A stretch of 62,295 nucleotides of DNA from an uncultured Flavobacteriaceae bacterium (GCA_937936275.1 CALHCJ010000014.1:1-62295); one strand, 5' to 3'; counted from the stretch's first letter, positions 1 to 11,044 are shown. The notes: a model not told the origin generated them from the letters alone. Numbers and translations: made by a program.

Positions 1-308
1 CACAGCTTACCGACAATTCCGTATTTGTAGCCTTTGCTCCTGTTGACAATCCTAAAATTGCTATTGCCGTTTATATCAAAAACGGATATTATGGTGCTCG
101 ATACGCAGGTCATATCGCTTCTCTTTTGATTGAAAAATACCTTAAGGGGGAAATTACTCGTAAAGATCTTGAAAAGACTATGCTAAATACAACGCTAGAG
201 TCTGAATATGCCAAGCCCTATAGTGGCAAACCATTTAAAATTAATGAGTACAATTGGAGAAGTAATCATGCCATTAAACCAGCGACAGAAGACAGTTTAA
301 AGAAATAG
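1..308 (+). CDS. mrdA: Penicillin-binding protein 2, C-terminal part (truncated by window edge)
   Basis: Frame open from base 3: ..DNSVFVAFAPVDNPKIAIAVY..GARYAGHIASLLIEKYLKG, typical PBP2 C-terminus; directly upstream of rodA. Confidence 0.9.
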   Translation, partial: QLTDNSVFVAFAPVDNPKIAIAVYIKNGYYGARYAGHIASLLIEKYLKGEITRKDLEKTMLNTTLESEYAKPYSGKPFKINEYNWRSNHAIKPATEDSLKK

Positions 309-310
309 GC

Positions 311-1594
311 ATGGCTGGCAAAAGTATCCTTAAAAGAATCGACTGGCTTAGTGTATTTATTTACTTAGCGCTACTTACCATAGGCTGGGTTAATATTTAT
401 TCAAGTACATTTTCAGAAACAGACATCTCATTTTTTGATTTTGGCACCCTTCACGGCAAACAACTTTTCTTTATAGGTGCGAGCTTGGTTTCAATAATTA
501 TTGTATTAGCTCTGGAAGCTAGCTTTTACGAACGTTTTTCAAGTCTTTTATACATTATTACTATAGTGTTGCTGTTAGGACTCTTCGTATTTGGAAAAAC
601 AATAGCAGGTGCGACTTCTTGGTATGATCTTGGTTTTTTTAATCTACAGCCTTCTGAATTTGCAAAAGTGGCTACGGCCTTAGCGCTTGCCAAGTATCTC
701 AGTGATATTCAAACCGATATTAAGAGAAATAAAGATCAACTCTATGCTTTTTTGGTAATCTTTATTCCTGCTGCGCTTATTATACCCCAACCTGATCCAG
801 GGAGTGCCTTGGTTTTCTTTGCCATGGTATTTGTGATTTTTAGAGAGGGGCTACCTATGTATTACTTAGCCATGGCAATGCTTGCAGCATTAATTTTCAT
901 AACAACATTGATATTTGGTACGATATGGGTGAGTATTTTCGTCACGTTGATTATTGTGTTGTTTATACTGTTAAAAAAGAAAACGTTCAAAGTTCCTATT
1001 TTGCCAATGATATCGCTAGCAGTAGTGGCCATTCTCTTTTCTTTATCTGTAAATTTCGTTTTTAATAGTGTTTTTGAACAACGCCATCGTGATCGTTTTA
1101 GTCTTTGGTTGCGTCTTGAAAAAGATCCTGCGAAGCTTGAAAAAATACGAAAGACCATCGGCTATAACACCTATCAATCTGAAAAAGCTATTGAATCGGG
1201 TGGAAAATTTGGGAAAGGCTTTTTAGAAGGCACACGTACAAAAGGTGATTTTGTACCTGAACAGCATTCAGATTATATTTTTAGTACCGTGGGTGAAGAA
1301 TGGGGTTTCGTGGGAACTACAACCGTTGTATTACTCTTTACCCTAATATTACTGCGTTTGGTATACTTGGCGGAAAGACAGAAAAACCCTTTTAGTAGAA
1401 TGTATGGTTACGGGGTTATTTCCATTCTATTTATTCATTACTTTATCAATATAGGAATGGTAATTGGCATTCTACCAACCGTAGGAATACCACTTCCCTT
1501 TTTTAGTTACGGCGGGTCAGGACTCTTATCTTTTACCATTCTATTATTTATCTTTTTAAAACTCGATTCAAACCGACTTAAAGAAGGTATTTAA
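311..1594 (+). CDS. rodA: Rod shape-determining protein RodA (SEDS family)
   Basis: LQPSEFAK, QPDPGS, VPEQHSDYIF, GEEWGF, PLPFFSYGGS motifs; many TM helices; follows PBP2. Confidence 0.95.
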   Translation: MAGKSILKRIDWLSVFIYLALLTIGWVNIYSSTFSETDISFFDFGTLHGKQLFFIGASLVSIIIVLALEASFYERFSSLLYIITIVLLLGLFVFGKTIAGATSWYDLGFFNLQPSEFAKVATALALAKYLSDIQTDIKRNKDQLYAFLVIFIPAALIIPQPDPGSALVFFAMVFVIFREGLPMYYLAMAMLAALIFITTLIFGTIWVSIFVTLIIVLFILLKKKTFKVPILPMISLAVVAILFSLSVNFVFNSVFEQRHRDRFSLWLRLEKDPAKLEKIRKTIGYNTYQSEKAIESGGKFGKGFLEGTRTKGDFVPEQHSDYIFSTVGEEWGFVGTTTVVLLFTLILLRLVYLAERQKNPFSRMYGYGVISILFIHYFINIGMVIGILPTVGIPLPFFSYGGSGLLSFTILLFIFLKLDSNRLKEGI

Positions 1595-1596
1595 AA

Positions 1597-2418
1597 TTAG
1601 AATTTCCAGGCTTTTAAGTTGATGATATTCTCTAATGTACTTTCTTGTGCATCTGGTAGATCTTGAAAAAAATCTACCCCAGTCAAAGCTTCTATTTTAT
1701 CGATAGAAACAACAAAATCTTCTATTGGTTTCGAACTAGGTTTGTTGGGCATTAAAAAGCCAATCATTGTCAGATTATCTGCATTTCCTTTTGCAATTAT
1801 TTTATAATAGAATTTGGGCACGTCAACGTCCTCATCTCCTATTTCATCCAAGCCTTTCTGCAAGACTCCACCAGTGATTACGAAATGAGTCCCATTTTTT
1901 TTCACCCATCGTCGTATTTGCATTTCAAGTTGATTCCAAACACCGGCATTAAACTCCCTATTCTGGGGACTTATATTACTCGTATAAAAGGTTTCATTGT
2001 AGGCCTGTTTAGAAAATCTGCGATCTCCCGCAGGACATAAATGTCCTCTATCATAACCTGAACCTTTGTAATTTCGCCAATCGGCAGATTTAGTTTTGAC
2101 TTTTGGGTCTTCAATAAAATAAGGTCTTTTACGATCATCATAAGTCAAATGTTCTTTTTTAAGCATATACGCCACCCATTCCGCTTGTTCAAAAGGTTCA
2201 TTGTAAGAAAGTGTAAAATGTTCGTGTTTGACAATATCTCCAGTTGTAGAACTTGGTTGAAATAGCTCAGGCAAAATAGTTCTATTCTCAGTATCAACAT
2301 TCTCAGAGTATATATTTGGAGTATAAAAATTTTCAAATAACCAAAAACCGATAACACATAATAGTAGTAAAATAGTATAGGTTATTCTATTATTTTGGAA
2401 TGATTTTGTTTTCAACAT
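1597..2418 (-). CDS. DNA/RNA non-specific endonuclease (NucA/EndoG-like), N-terminal membrane anchor
   Basis: YDRGHLCP active-site motif, TFYTSNISPQ, FNAGVW. Confidence 0.92.
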   Translation of the reverse strand: MLKTKSFQNNRITYTILLLLCVIGFWLFENFYTPNIYSENVDTENRTILPELFQPSSTTGDIVKHEHFTLSYNEPFEQAEWVAYMLKKEHLTYDDRKRPYFIEDPKVKTKSADWRNYKGSGYDRGHLCPAGDRRFSKQAYNETFYTSNISPQNREFNAGVWNQLEMQIRRWVKKNGTHFVITGGVLQKGLDEIGDEDVDVPKFYYKIIAKGNADNLTMIGFLMPNKPSSKPIEDFVVSIDKIEALTGVDFFQDLPDAQESTLENIINLKAWKF

Positions 2419-2422
2419 TGCA

Positions 2423-2430
2423 CAAAGTTA
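2423..2430 (-). promoter_or_regulatory. Bacteroidota -7 promoter element TAACTTTG for the endonuclease gene
   Basis: Exact TAnnTTTG match on the minus strand, 4 nt upstream of the ATG. Confidence 0.5.
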
Positions 2431-2593
2431 ATTCAATTTATATGATACGAACTAAGATCAAATAATTGTAAGAACTAGGGGCAATTACCGACTAAAAAAC
2501 TGAGGTTTTTAATGAGTTTATCGCTAACTTGTTTAAGACAAATTAATTTTAATATTTTGGGTATTATCCCTTAAAAAAGAAAGGAAAATCAAT

Positions 2594-3055
2594 ATGCTTA
2601 CATGGAAAGATATTATTCATTTTAGCGTAAATGGAAATCCTACCCCAACTAATAGGGTAGAAAAAACAGAAACTGAATGGCGTGAACTTCTAACCCCAGA
2701 ACAATTTAGAATCACTAGAAAAAAAGGAACAGAAGCACCTCATTCTGGAGCGCTCTGTGGAATACATGAGGCGGGTAAATATAATTGTGTTTGTTGCGAT
2801 ACTCCTCTATTTGATTCGACTATTAAATTTGAATCAGGAACAGGGTGGCCTAGCTTTACGCAGCCTATTGAAGAGAACGCGATTAAGTATGAGAAAGACA
2901 CTGCCTTTGGAATGGTCCGAGTAGAAGTCATGTGCAATACTTGTGACGGGCATTTAGGTCATGTTTTTCCTGACGGACCAGAGCCAAGCGGACTTCGCTA
3001 TTGTATCAATTCAGAATCTATGCAATTACAAAAAGAAAGGGTAAACAATGGGTAA
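2594..3055 (+). CDS. msrB: Peptide-methionine (R)-S-oxide reductase
   Basis: GTE, CxxC pairs, GTGWPSF, GHLGHVF, RYCINS. Confidence 0.97.
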   Translation: MLTWKDIIHFSVNGNPTPTNRVEKTETEWRELLTPEQFRITRKKGTEAPHSGALCGIHEAGKYNCVCCDTPLFDSTIKFESGTGWPSFTQPIEENAIKYEKDTAFGMVRVEVMCNTCDGHLGHVFPDGPEPSGLRYCINSESMQLQKERVNNG

Positions 3056-3602
3056 TAAAGGATTAAAACTGGCTACAGTTGGAGGAGGATGTTTTTGGTG
3101 TGTTGAAGCTGTGCTTCAACGGGTAAATGGAGTCGAAAAAATTGTTTCTGGATATACAGGAGGAACGGCACCAGGTAAACCTACCTATAGAGAAGTATGT
3201 TCTGGTCTTACGGGTCATGCCGAAGTAGTTCAGGTTACTTTTGACGAAAATTTAATCTCATATAAAGATCTTTTGGAAATTTTCATGACGAGCCATGATC
3301 CAACAACCTTAAATCGTCAAGGTGGAGATGTGGGTACTCAATACAGATCGGTAATTTATTATCATGACGAAAATCAAAAAGAAACTGCGGAACAGGTAAA
3401 GAAAGAAATAGCGTCTTACTATGAAGACCCTATAGTAACAGAAATAAGTGCCTTAGGGACTTTTTATGAAGCCGAGGACTATCATCAAGATTATTATAAT
3501 AATAATAGTTCACAAGGGTATTGCAGTGCGGTAATCACTCCAAAATTGTCAAAATTGCGAAAGATGCACGCGGAGAAACTCAAACCTTTAAGCACGAACT
3601 AA
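3048..3602 (+). CDS. msrA: Peptide-methionine (S)-S-oxide reductase
   Basis: GGGCFWC, GHAEVV, HDPT, GTQYRS, AEDYHQDY. Confidence 0.97.
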   Translation: MGNKGLKLATVGGGCFWCVEAVLQRVNGVEKIVSGYTGGTAPGKPTYREVCSGLTGHAEVVQVTFDENLISYKDLLEIFMTSHDPTTLNRQGGDVGTQYRSVIYYHDENQKETAEQVKKEIASYYEDPIVTEISALGTFYEAEDYHQDYYNNNSSQGYCSAVITPKLSKLRKMHAEKLKPLSTN

Positions 3603-3625
3603 TTATTTGTATTCATTAGAAAAAC

Positions 3626-3658
3626 AAAAAAGCCTTGCTTTATGTAGCAAGGCTTTTT
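3626..3658. terminator. Bidirectional intrinsic terminator
   Basis: aaaaaagccttgct-ttatgt-agcaaggcttttt hairpin between convergent msrA and S41 protease. Confidence 0.9.
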
Positions 3659-3682
3659 ATATTCTATAGTTTCAATTAAATA

Positions 3683-5830
3683 CTAGCCTTTTACACTAGC
3701 CAATTTTGCATTCTTTAAATTGTTCATCTTCAGGTCTTGTAATACATTGACCGCTTCTTCAACATATACATCTTTCGCCAAGTTCTTATGCCAACGATCT
3801 CTTTTTTCTCTGAGCACAGAATCTTGTGTGAACAACTCTTGTTCATATTTCAATGACTCAAAAGTCAGTCGTGAATCATAATCATTTAACTTCTTGAAAT
3901 AATCAGATTTCTTACGATCCTTTTCTACTTCACTTTTATAAGCATCATAATTTAAAGAAATTTCAGTTTCCTCTTGTTGCGACTGTATCCATTTTGCATT
4001 TTCCTCAATCAATTTCACTTGCGGATTTTCTGACAGTCTTTTTGTACTATTAGCAACCGTTTTTTCGTAGTCGATATAACCGTTCCATAACGTATAATCA
4101 GCTGGTGTAATTTTATCCCACTTTAAAGGATTCGATTGGTCACGCTCACCAATGTCAATATAACTATACCTGTCTGGCACCACTACATCACTTTTTACAC
4201 CTTCCAACTGCGTTGATCCTCCGTTTATACGATAGAATTTTTGAGTGGTTAATTTCAATGCTCCTAGGTCGCCATTCTCATTACTTCTTACAATATTATT
4301 AAGATCAATGACATTCTGAACTGTTCCCTTGCCAAAAGTCTGCTTACTTCCTATAACCACCGCTCTTTTATAGTCTTGCATTGCTGCCGCCAAAATTTCA
4401 GAGGCAGAGGCGGAAAGTTCATTGACCAAGATTACCAATGGACCATCCCATTGAATACGCTCATCTTTATCGTCATAAACGTCTTTTCCTTTATCTGAAG
4501 ACTGTACCTGTACAATCGGACCGTCCTTAATAAACAAACCAGCCATTTCAACAACCGTCTTTAACGATCCTCCTCCATTATCACGTAAATCTAGAATAAG
4601 TCCTTCCGCTCCTTCGAGTTTCAAACGTTCGACTTCTTTAGCAACATCGGTTGCTGCATTTCGTTCACTATAATCGTCAAAATCAACATAAAACTTTGGC
4701 AAATTGATGAGTCCAAATCGCTGATCTTCTTTAATTATATTGGCAGATTTTGCGAAGGATTCTTCCAATTCAACAACGTCTCTAGTTAATGAAATAACTT
4801 CTAAAGAACCGTCAATTCTTCGTACCGTCAAATCAACAACGGTTCCTTCTGGACCTTTAATCATTTTGATAGCATCTTCTAGACGCATGCCGACAATGTC
4901 AATAGGTTCCTCGCCTTTTTGACCTACTTTAACAATCAAGTCACCAACCTCTAAACGAGCATCTCTCCAAACAGGACCACCTGAAATGATGTCTGTAATC
5001 TTAGCCCCTTCAGGTTTTTTCTGTAGACGCGCTCCAATTCCTTCAAACTTACCTGACATGCTAGTATCAAATTTTTCTTTATCCTCTGGAGCAAAATAAA
5101 ACGTATGTGGATCAAATTCATCAACAATGGTATTGATATACTGCACAAACCAATCTTTACGCTGTAAATCTCCTACGAAGTCAAAAAATTCGGCCAGGGT
5201 CTTTCTACTTGATTCCCTAGCTGAAGCTTCAGCTTCTTCAGGTGTTAACTTTGTTTCTTCCTTATCATCTTCAGATGTACTTCCGTTTTCAGCATCTTTT
5301 TTAGCATTCGAAAGTTTGGAATCGTAAGTATTTAAGGTAGCATATTTCAACTGCTGTCTCCACCGCTCTTTCAATTCTTCTCTTGTGGCTGCAAAATCCA
5401 TTTTATCATATTCGATATTAATGGTTTCATCTTTGGAATAATCGAAAGGTTTTTCCAACACTTCCTTATAAATGTCTTCTGCATCACTCATTCTTTGAAC
5501 CAAGCGATCGTGTACGATATTGAAAAAAGTAATATCCGTGTTTTTTATTTGATCATCGATTTGAAATTTTTGAGCTTCAAATTCTTTGATATCTGATTCT
5601 AAAAAATACCGCTTTGTTGGATCAATTATATCAATGAAGTCCTCAAAAACATTTGCCGAGAAATCATCATCAATATCTTTTGGTTCATAATGTCCTTTAG
5701 ACAAAACATAAGTAATGATATCAATTAGTAATTTATCTTTATCATCATTTTCAAACGTCTTGTTGGTAAAGCTGCACGAAGCAACCGCTATGAGTAAGGT
5801 AAATAAACCGTAGGCAAAATTCTTTTTCAT
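3683..5830 (-). CDS. Carboxy-terminal processing protease (S41A, Prc/Tsp-like)
   Basis: PDZ GIGA, LDLRDNGGG, SASASEI, TFGKGTVQ; signal/lipoprotein N-terminus. Confidence 0.93.
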   Translation of the reverse strand: MKKNFAYGLFTLLIAVASCSFTNKTFENDDKDKLLIDIITYVLSKGHYEPKDIDDDFSANVFEDFIDIIDPTKRYFLESDIKEFEAQKFQIDDQIKNTDITFFNIVHDRLVQRMSDAEDIYKEVLEKPFDYSKDETINIEYDKMDFAATREELKERWRQQLKYATLNTYDSKLSNAKKDAENGSTSEDDKEETKLTPEEAEASARESSRKTLAEFFDFVGDLQRKDWFVQYINTIVDEFDPHTFYFAPEDKEKFDTSMSGKFEGIGARLQKKPEGAKITDIISGGPVWRDARLEVGDLIVKVGQKGEEPIDIVGMRLEDAIKMIKGPEGTVVDLTVRRIDGSLEVISLTRDVVELEESFAKSANIIKEDQRFGLINLPKFYVDFDDYSERNAATDVAKEVERLKLEGAEGLILDLRDNGGGSLKTVVEMAGLFIKDGPIVQVQSSDKGKDVYDDKDERIQWDGPLVILVNELSASASEILAAAMQDYKRAVVIGSKQTFGKGTVQNVIDLNNIVRSNENGDLGALKLTTQKFYRINGGSTQLEGVKSDVVVPDRYSYIDIGERDQSNPLKWDKITPADYTLWNGYIDYEKTVANSTKRLSENPQVKLIEENAKWIQSQQEETEISLNYDAYKSEVEKDRKKSDYFKKLNDYDSRLTFESLKYEQELFTQDSVLREKRDRWHKNLAKDVYVEEAVNVLQDLKMNNLKNAKLASVKG

Positions 5831-6029
5831 TTTTCTATTTTAATTTCCTAATTCAATTTTCGAAGCATTAAACAGAGCTTCTGGGTACTATTTTATCTGG
5901 TTTTGATCAGTTTCTCTAAGATACTGAAAAAACCATGCCAGTATATCTTGGAGACTTACTTTTTTTGTTATTCTCAGTGGAAGGCATATCTTTTTTAAAA
6001 ACGTATTTTTACAACTTAAATTATATACT

Positions 6030-6809
6030 GTGACCAAACCTTTAATTCTTGTGACTAATGATGACGGAATAACTGCACCCGGATTACGCGCATTGGTTCG
6101 TTACATGAAAGAAATTGGTGATGTCGTGGTAGTTGCACCTGACAGTCCGCAATCTGGAAAAGGACATGCAATCACCCTTGATATTGCCCTATATTCTAAG
6201 AAAATGAAGCTTGATCTCGAGAATGGAGCAAATGAAGAATATAGTTGTAGTGGTACTCCCGCGGACTGTGTAAAAATGGCACTTCAAGAGTTATTGGGTC
6301 GAAAGCCTGATATTTGTGTAAGCGGTATAAATCACGGCTCAAATTCTTCCATTAATGTTATTTATTCGGGTACAATGAGCGCTGCTATTGAAGCGGGTAT
6401 TGAAGGGGTTCCTGCTATCGGATTTTCTTTATGTGATTATGGCTGGAATGCGGACTTTAGTCATGCTGAAGTTTTTGTAAAAAAAATAGTTCAAGAAGCA
6501 CTTTCGAATGGAATTCCTCAAGGAGTTGTATTAAACGTGAACATTCCTAAGTTGAGTGAGAAAGAAATAAAAGGAATAAAAGTCTGTAGACAGGCCCGCG
6601 CCAATTGGAAAGAAAAGTTTGATAAACGGACGAATCCTATGGGAAAAGATTATTATTGGCTAACAGGCGAGTTTGAACTACTCGATAAAGGAGAAGATAC
6701 CGATGAATGGGCTTTAGCGAATGGATATATTTCAGTAGTTCCAACACAGTTCGACTTAACCGCACATCACGCTATTCAAAATATAAATAACTGGAATTTA
6801 CATGCATAA
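6030..6809 (+). CDS. surE: 5'/3'-nucleotidase SurE
   Basis: LVTNDDG, GTPADCV, SGINHG, YSGTM; GTG start. Confidence 0.96.
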   Translation: MTKPLILVTNDDGITAPGLRALVRYMKEIGDVVVVAPDSPQSGKGHAITLDIALYSKKMKLDLENGANEEYSCSGTPADCVKMALQELLGRKPDICVSGINHGSNSSINVIYSGTMSAAIEAGIEGVPAIGFSLCDYGWNADFSHAEVFVKKIVQEALSNGIPQGVVLNVNIPKLSEKEIKGIKVCRQARANWKEKFDKRTNPMGKDYYWLTGEFELLDKGEDTDEWALANGYISVVPTQFDLTAHHAIQNINNWNLHA

Positions 6810-7083
6810 AAAGGAACTCATCATTGGTTTTATCGTGGGTATTATTGCGAATACTATAGGTACCCTTTTATACGTCTTATTGTTTTCAGATTTAAGTATT
6901 TCGGAAACCTTTGACGCAGCTATCCAACAAGGCCATATTGGAAGTTTGTTAGCATTGGGTGCAATTTTAAATCTCATTGCGTTTTTTATGTTTTTAAGAA
7001 TTCGCAGAGATAATAGAGCAAAAGGTGTGTTAATTGCCACTATTTTAACAGCTTTGATTATTCTCTACTACAAAGTATTTTAA
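6802..7083 (+). CDS. Small membrane protein (about 3 TM), unknown function
   Basis: 93-aa hydrophobic ORF overlapping the surE stop, upstream of lpxB. Confidence 0.8.
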   Translation: MHKKELIIGFIVGIIANTIGTLLYVLLFSDLSISETFDAAIQQGHIGSLLALGAILNLIAFFMFLRIRRDNRAKGVLIATILTALIILYYKVF

Positions 7084-7136
7084 AAATCTTTTCAGGTCAA
7101 ATTTTGATATTAAAAGTGGCGTGACTGAACAATAGA

Positions 7137-8261
7137 ATGAAGTACTATATCATAGCAGGAGAAGCATCGGGAGATCTTCACGGATCAAATTTGATCAAGG
7201 CACTCAAAGCAATAGATCAAAATGCCGACATACGCTGTTGGGGTGGTGATCTCATGCAGCAGGCTGGTGGTACTTTGGTCAAACACTATAAGGAAATGGC
7301 TTTTATGGGTTTCATCGAAGTGATACAAAACCTTTTTACCATCTTCGGAAATATCAAATTTTGCAAACAAGACATAGCCAAGTACGAACCTGACGTATTA
7401 ATTTTTATTGATTATTCAGGATTTAATCTCCGTATAGCAAAATGGGCAAAGGCACAGAACATTTATACCAACTACTACATCTCCCCTCAAATTTGGGCTT
7501 CAAGAGAAAGTAGAATTAACAAAATAAAAAGGGATATTGACGCTATGTATGTCATACTTCCTTTTGAAACCGCATTTTATGCGAAGCATAATTTTCATGT
7601 AGAGTTTGTGGGTCACCCTTTGATTGATGCCATTGAAAATAGATCGAAAGTATCCTCTTCTAATTTTCGCTCTATGCACAGTCTTTCCTCTGAAAAACCA
7701 ATTATTGCTCTTTTACCAGGTAGTCGTCAACAAGAAGTTCAAAAAATGTTGTCAATCATGACTTCCATTGTCTCTAGTTTTCCAGATTATGAATTTGCAA
7801 TAGCTGGAGCACCAAGTTTAGAAAAAGAATTTTATCAACCCTTCTTGAAAAATTCGAGTATTAAATTTATTTCCAATCAAACCTATGAACTGCTAAATGT
7901 TGCCCATGCTGCTTTAGTAACAAGTGGCACAGCTACATTAGAAACAGCATTGTTCAAAGTACCACAAGTGGTCTGCTATAAAGCAAGTTGGCTATCTTAT
8001 CAAATTGCCAAACGGATTATAACCTTAGATTATATCTCTTTAGTAAACCTCATCATGAAAAAAGAGATTGTCAAAGAACTCATTCAAGATGAACTGACCA
8101 GCCAAAATCTTGTATCAGAACTTCAAAAAGTAGTTTCAGGTACTTTTAGAGAAACTCAGCTAGCAGCGTATAGCAGTCTTGAACAAAAACTTGGAGGAGA
8201 AGGCGCAAGTGCTAAAGTAGCTTCTTCAATTTTAGACAACTTAAAAGCTAAGGCTAACTAA
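7137..8261 (+). CDS. lpxB: Lipid-A-disaccharide synthase
   Basis: AGEASGD, SPQIWA, FVGHP, LLPGSR, SGTATLE. Confidence 0.96.
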   Translation: MKYYIIAGEASGDLHGSNLIKALKAIDQNADIRCWGGDLMQQAGGTLVKHYKEMAFMGFIEVIQNLFTIFGNIKFCKQDIAKYEPDVLIFIDYSGFNLRIAKWAKAQNIYTNYYISPQIWASRESRINKIKRDIDAMYVILPFETAFYAKHNFHVEFVGHPLIDAIENRSKVSSSNFRSMHSLSSEKPIIALLPGSRQQEVQKMLSIMTSIVSSFPDYEFAIAGAPSLEKEFYQPFLKNSSIKFISNQTYELLNVAHAALVTSGTATLETALFKVPQVVCYKASWLSYQIAKRIITLDYISLVNLIMKKEIVKELIQDELTSQNLVSELQKVVSGTFRETQLAAYSSLEQKLGGEGASAKVASSILDNLKAKAN

Positions 8262-8409
8262 TGTGCTAAATTTCTGTTCAAAGCCGACGAATAAAACAAC
8301 ACGAAAACAATAGAACCAGAAAAAGTGCCGTTCTGAAAATTGAAGGATATCTTAGTTTATCAAACGCTGAGAATATCTAGTTTTATAATATTTCATTAAT
8401 TTTGAGGGC

Positions 8410-8988
8410 ATGAGCAGCAAGAACGCTATGCAATTACAAAAATTCATTTGTCTTTTTTTGATTATTTCACTGTCCAGTTGTGGAGTGGTGAAAAAGAAAA
8501 CAAGCTATAGTAAGTCCCCTAAAAAACGAACCGTTAGCGTTGCAGCTTCTGAGCCAAAAGTTGATGAACGTCGAAGACCTAGTGTAAGAAAACGAGTAGA
8601 ACTTTCTAAAGCTGACAATATTATTAATACTGCATTAACCTTCTCAGGAACACGTTATAAATATGGTGGCACTACTAAAAAAGGTATGGACTGTTCAGGT
8701 TTGCTCTATGTAGCTTTTGGCGAGCATGACGTACCATTGCCTAGAGTATCTTATCATATGGCAGAAAAGGGAAAACGCGTTCGAATTGGTAAAGTCGTAA
8801 AAGGTGACTTGTTATTCTTTAAAACCAAAAAGCGTGGAAAACGCATCAATCATGTAGGCATGGTCGTTGCTACTGAAAATAATGAAGTTAAATTTATTCA
8901 TTCCTCTTCTTCAAGAGGCGTTATTGTATCTTCATTACGTGAAGGCTATTGGAATTCTGCCTTCGTGAAAGCTACACGAGTACTTTAG
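8410..8988 (+). CDS. NlpC/P60 (C40) peptidase lipoprotein; start may be 8428
   Basis: Lipobox LSSC, YKYGG..GMDCSG, GDLLFF, HVG, FIH. Confidence 0.92.
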   Translation: MSSKNAMQLQKFICLFLIISLSSCGVVKKKTSYSKSPKKRTVSVAASEPKVDERRRPSVRKRVELSKADNIINTALTFSGTRYKYGGTTKKGMDCSGLLYVAFGEHDVPLPRVSYHMAEKGKRVRIGKVVKGDLLFFKTKKRGKRINHVGMVVATENNEVKFIHSSSSRGVIVSSLREGYWNSAFVKATRVL

Positions 8989-9033
8989 CAATACACGAAT
9001 ATTTCATTACATTTAACGTAAGAAATTACGTTA

Positions 9034-11040
9034 ATGAATCTTCTCAAATTTATTCCTATAAAACTAACTTTCTTTTTAGTTCTAGGAATTTTACTAGGCA
9101 ATTATTTAGATCTAAGTATTCCGATTTCGGGAGGTATTACGCTTTTGGCCATTCTCTTCATGGGCTTCCTATTTTATAGAAATAAAAATTCAACGTCATT
9201 TGGTCTGATGGCTCTTCTGGCTACAACATGTATTGGCGTTTTTGCCATTTCATTATGGAAGCCAAAAAATCAATCCAATTATTATGGACATATTGATGTA
9301 AAAGACACTCCGGTTTTAAAATTAAAAATTCGAGAAGTACTAAAATCGAATCGTTATTCTGATAGATATATAGCACTGGTGAAGTCTGTTAATAAACAAC
9401 CAACATCTGGAAAGATTCTATTGAATATTTCTTCTGATTCTCTTCAACCTAGGCTTCATATTGATCAAGAATTAATGGTTTACGATAAACTTTCAAAAGT
9501 TAAAAAACCGCTTAATCAACATCAATTCAACTTTAAAGATTACTTAGAAAAAATTGGAATCTATAATCAACTATATTCAGATAAAACTCGCTTTGTACTA
9601 TTAAAAAATAGTTCGACGAGCATCTACGGATTCGCTGCTAAGCAACGCTCAAAAATTATTGCTAAGCTTCAAAAAGCACGCTTTGGCAAGGATGAACTAA
9701 GCGTTATTAAAGCCTTACTTTTAGGAGATCGAAACGATATTTCTGAAAACACCTACGACAATTACAAAAACGCTGGTGCAGTACATATTTTAGCACTTTC
9801 TGGATTACATATCGGAATTCTATTATTGCTCTTGCAGTTTCTATTACAACCCTTAGAAAAGCTACCTAAAGGAAGAACATTAAAATTAATCACGATTGTG
9901 ATACTCCTTTGGTGCTTTGCTTTACTTGCTGGTTTTTCTGCCTCAATTATCCGAGCAGTGACCATGTTCTCTTTTGTTGCCTATGCACTTTACTTAAATA
10001 GACCCAGCAATACTTTCAATATTCTAGCACTTTCTATGTTTTTCATTTTATTAATCATTAACCCGATGTTATTATTTCAAGTAGGGTTTCAAATGAGCTA
10101 CGCAGCGGTCTTTGCCATTGTCTGGCTGTATCCGCTACTTCAAAAACTATGGTTTCCTAAAAACATCATTATTAAAAAAATCTGGCAGTTGCTTTCAGTG
10201 AGCATTGCAGCTCAATTAGGGGTACTTCCTATCAGTCTCTTCTATTTTCATCAGTTTCCTGGATTATTCTTTGTATCCAACTTATTAATTGTCCCTTTCT
10301 TAGGAATTATTTTAGGGGTCGGAATACTTGTTATCTGTCTGGCACTATTTAATATCCTACCCGATTTCATAGTTAGTTTTTATAATTCTCTTATTGCATT
10401 TATCAATAGTATCATTGCTTGGGTGGGACAACAGGAAACTTTTCTTTTTAAGAATATTTCTTTTGACGCTCCTCAATTGCTATTATCATACCTGGTGATT
10501 ATAGGCTTAGTCATCTCCGGCACTAAGACTACGTATAAAAGGCTTTCTTTTCTATTAATTTCTATATTAGGACTTCAAATTTGGTCCTTATATACCTCTT
10601 ATGAATCTACTAAAAAGGAAAGCCTATTTATTCCGCATCAAAGCAAAATTTCTACAATCGCAAATCGAAAAGGAAAGTATTTAGAAGTAATCACAAATAG
10701 TAGGACAGTCGACAGCTATCTTGATAAAGACTATTTTATAGCAGAGCGTATCGAAAACATCACCATTAAACCTTTATACAATAGCTATTCATTTCAAAAA
10801 CAAAAAATTCTTGTGGTCGATAGCTCGGGGGTTTATCCAACACAAAAAGCCCATTACATTTTACTGACACAATCACCCAAACTTAATTTAGACAGACTTA
10901 TCGATACCACTAGTCCATCGGTTATTATAGCAGATGGAAGCAATTATCATAGTTATATTAATCGATGGAAAACCACCTGTAAAAAAAGAAACCTCCCTTT
11001 TCACTATACCGGTGAAAAAGGAAGTTTTTATTTTGAATAA
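9034..11040 (+). CDS. comEC: ComEC/Rec2 family competence protein
   Basis: HILALSGLH, SIIRA, GFQMSY; multi-TM. Confidence 0.9.
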   Translation: MNLLKFIPIKLTFFLVLGILLGNYLDLSIPISGGITLLAILFMGFLFYRNKNSTSFGLMALLATTCIGVFAISLWKPKNQSNYYGHIDVKDTPVLKLKIREVLKSNRYSDRYIALVKSVNKQPTSGKILLNISSDSLQPRLHIDQELMVYDKLSKVKKPLNQHQFNFKDYLEKIGIYNQLYSDKTRFVLLKNSSTSIYGFAAKQRSKIIAKLQKARFGKDELSVIKALLLGDRNDISENTYDNYKNAGAVHILALSGLHIGILLLLLQFLLQPLEKLPKGRTLKLITIVILLWCFALLAGFSASIIRAVTMFSFVAYALYLNRPSNTFNILALSMFFILLIINPMLLFQVGFQMSYAAVFAIVWLYPLLQKLWFPKNIIIKKIWQLLSVSIAAQLGVLPISLFYFHQFPGLFFVSNLLIVPFLGIILGVGILVICLALFNILPDFIVSFYNSLIAFINSIIAWVGQQETFLFKNISFDAPQLLLSYLVIIGLVISGTKTTYKRLSFLLISILGLQIWSLYTSYESTKKESLFIPHQSKISTIANRKGKYLEVITNSRTVDSYLDKDYFIAERIENITIKPLYNSYSFQKQKILVVDSSGVYPTQKAHYILLTQSPKLNLDRLIDTTSPSVIIADGSNYHSYINRWKTTCKKRNLPFHYTGEKGSFYFE

Positions 11041-11044
11041 AGTG

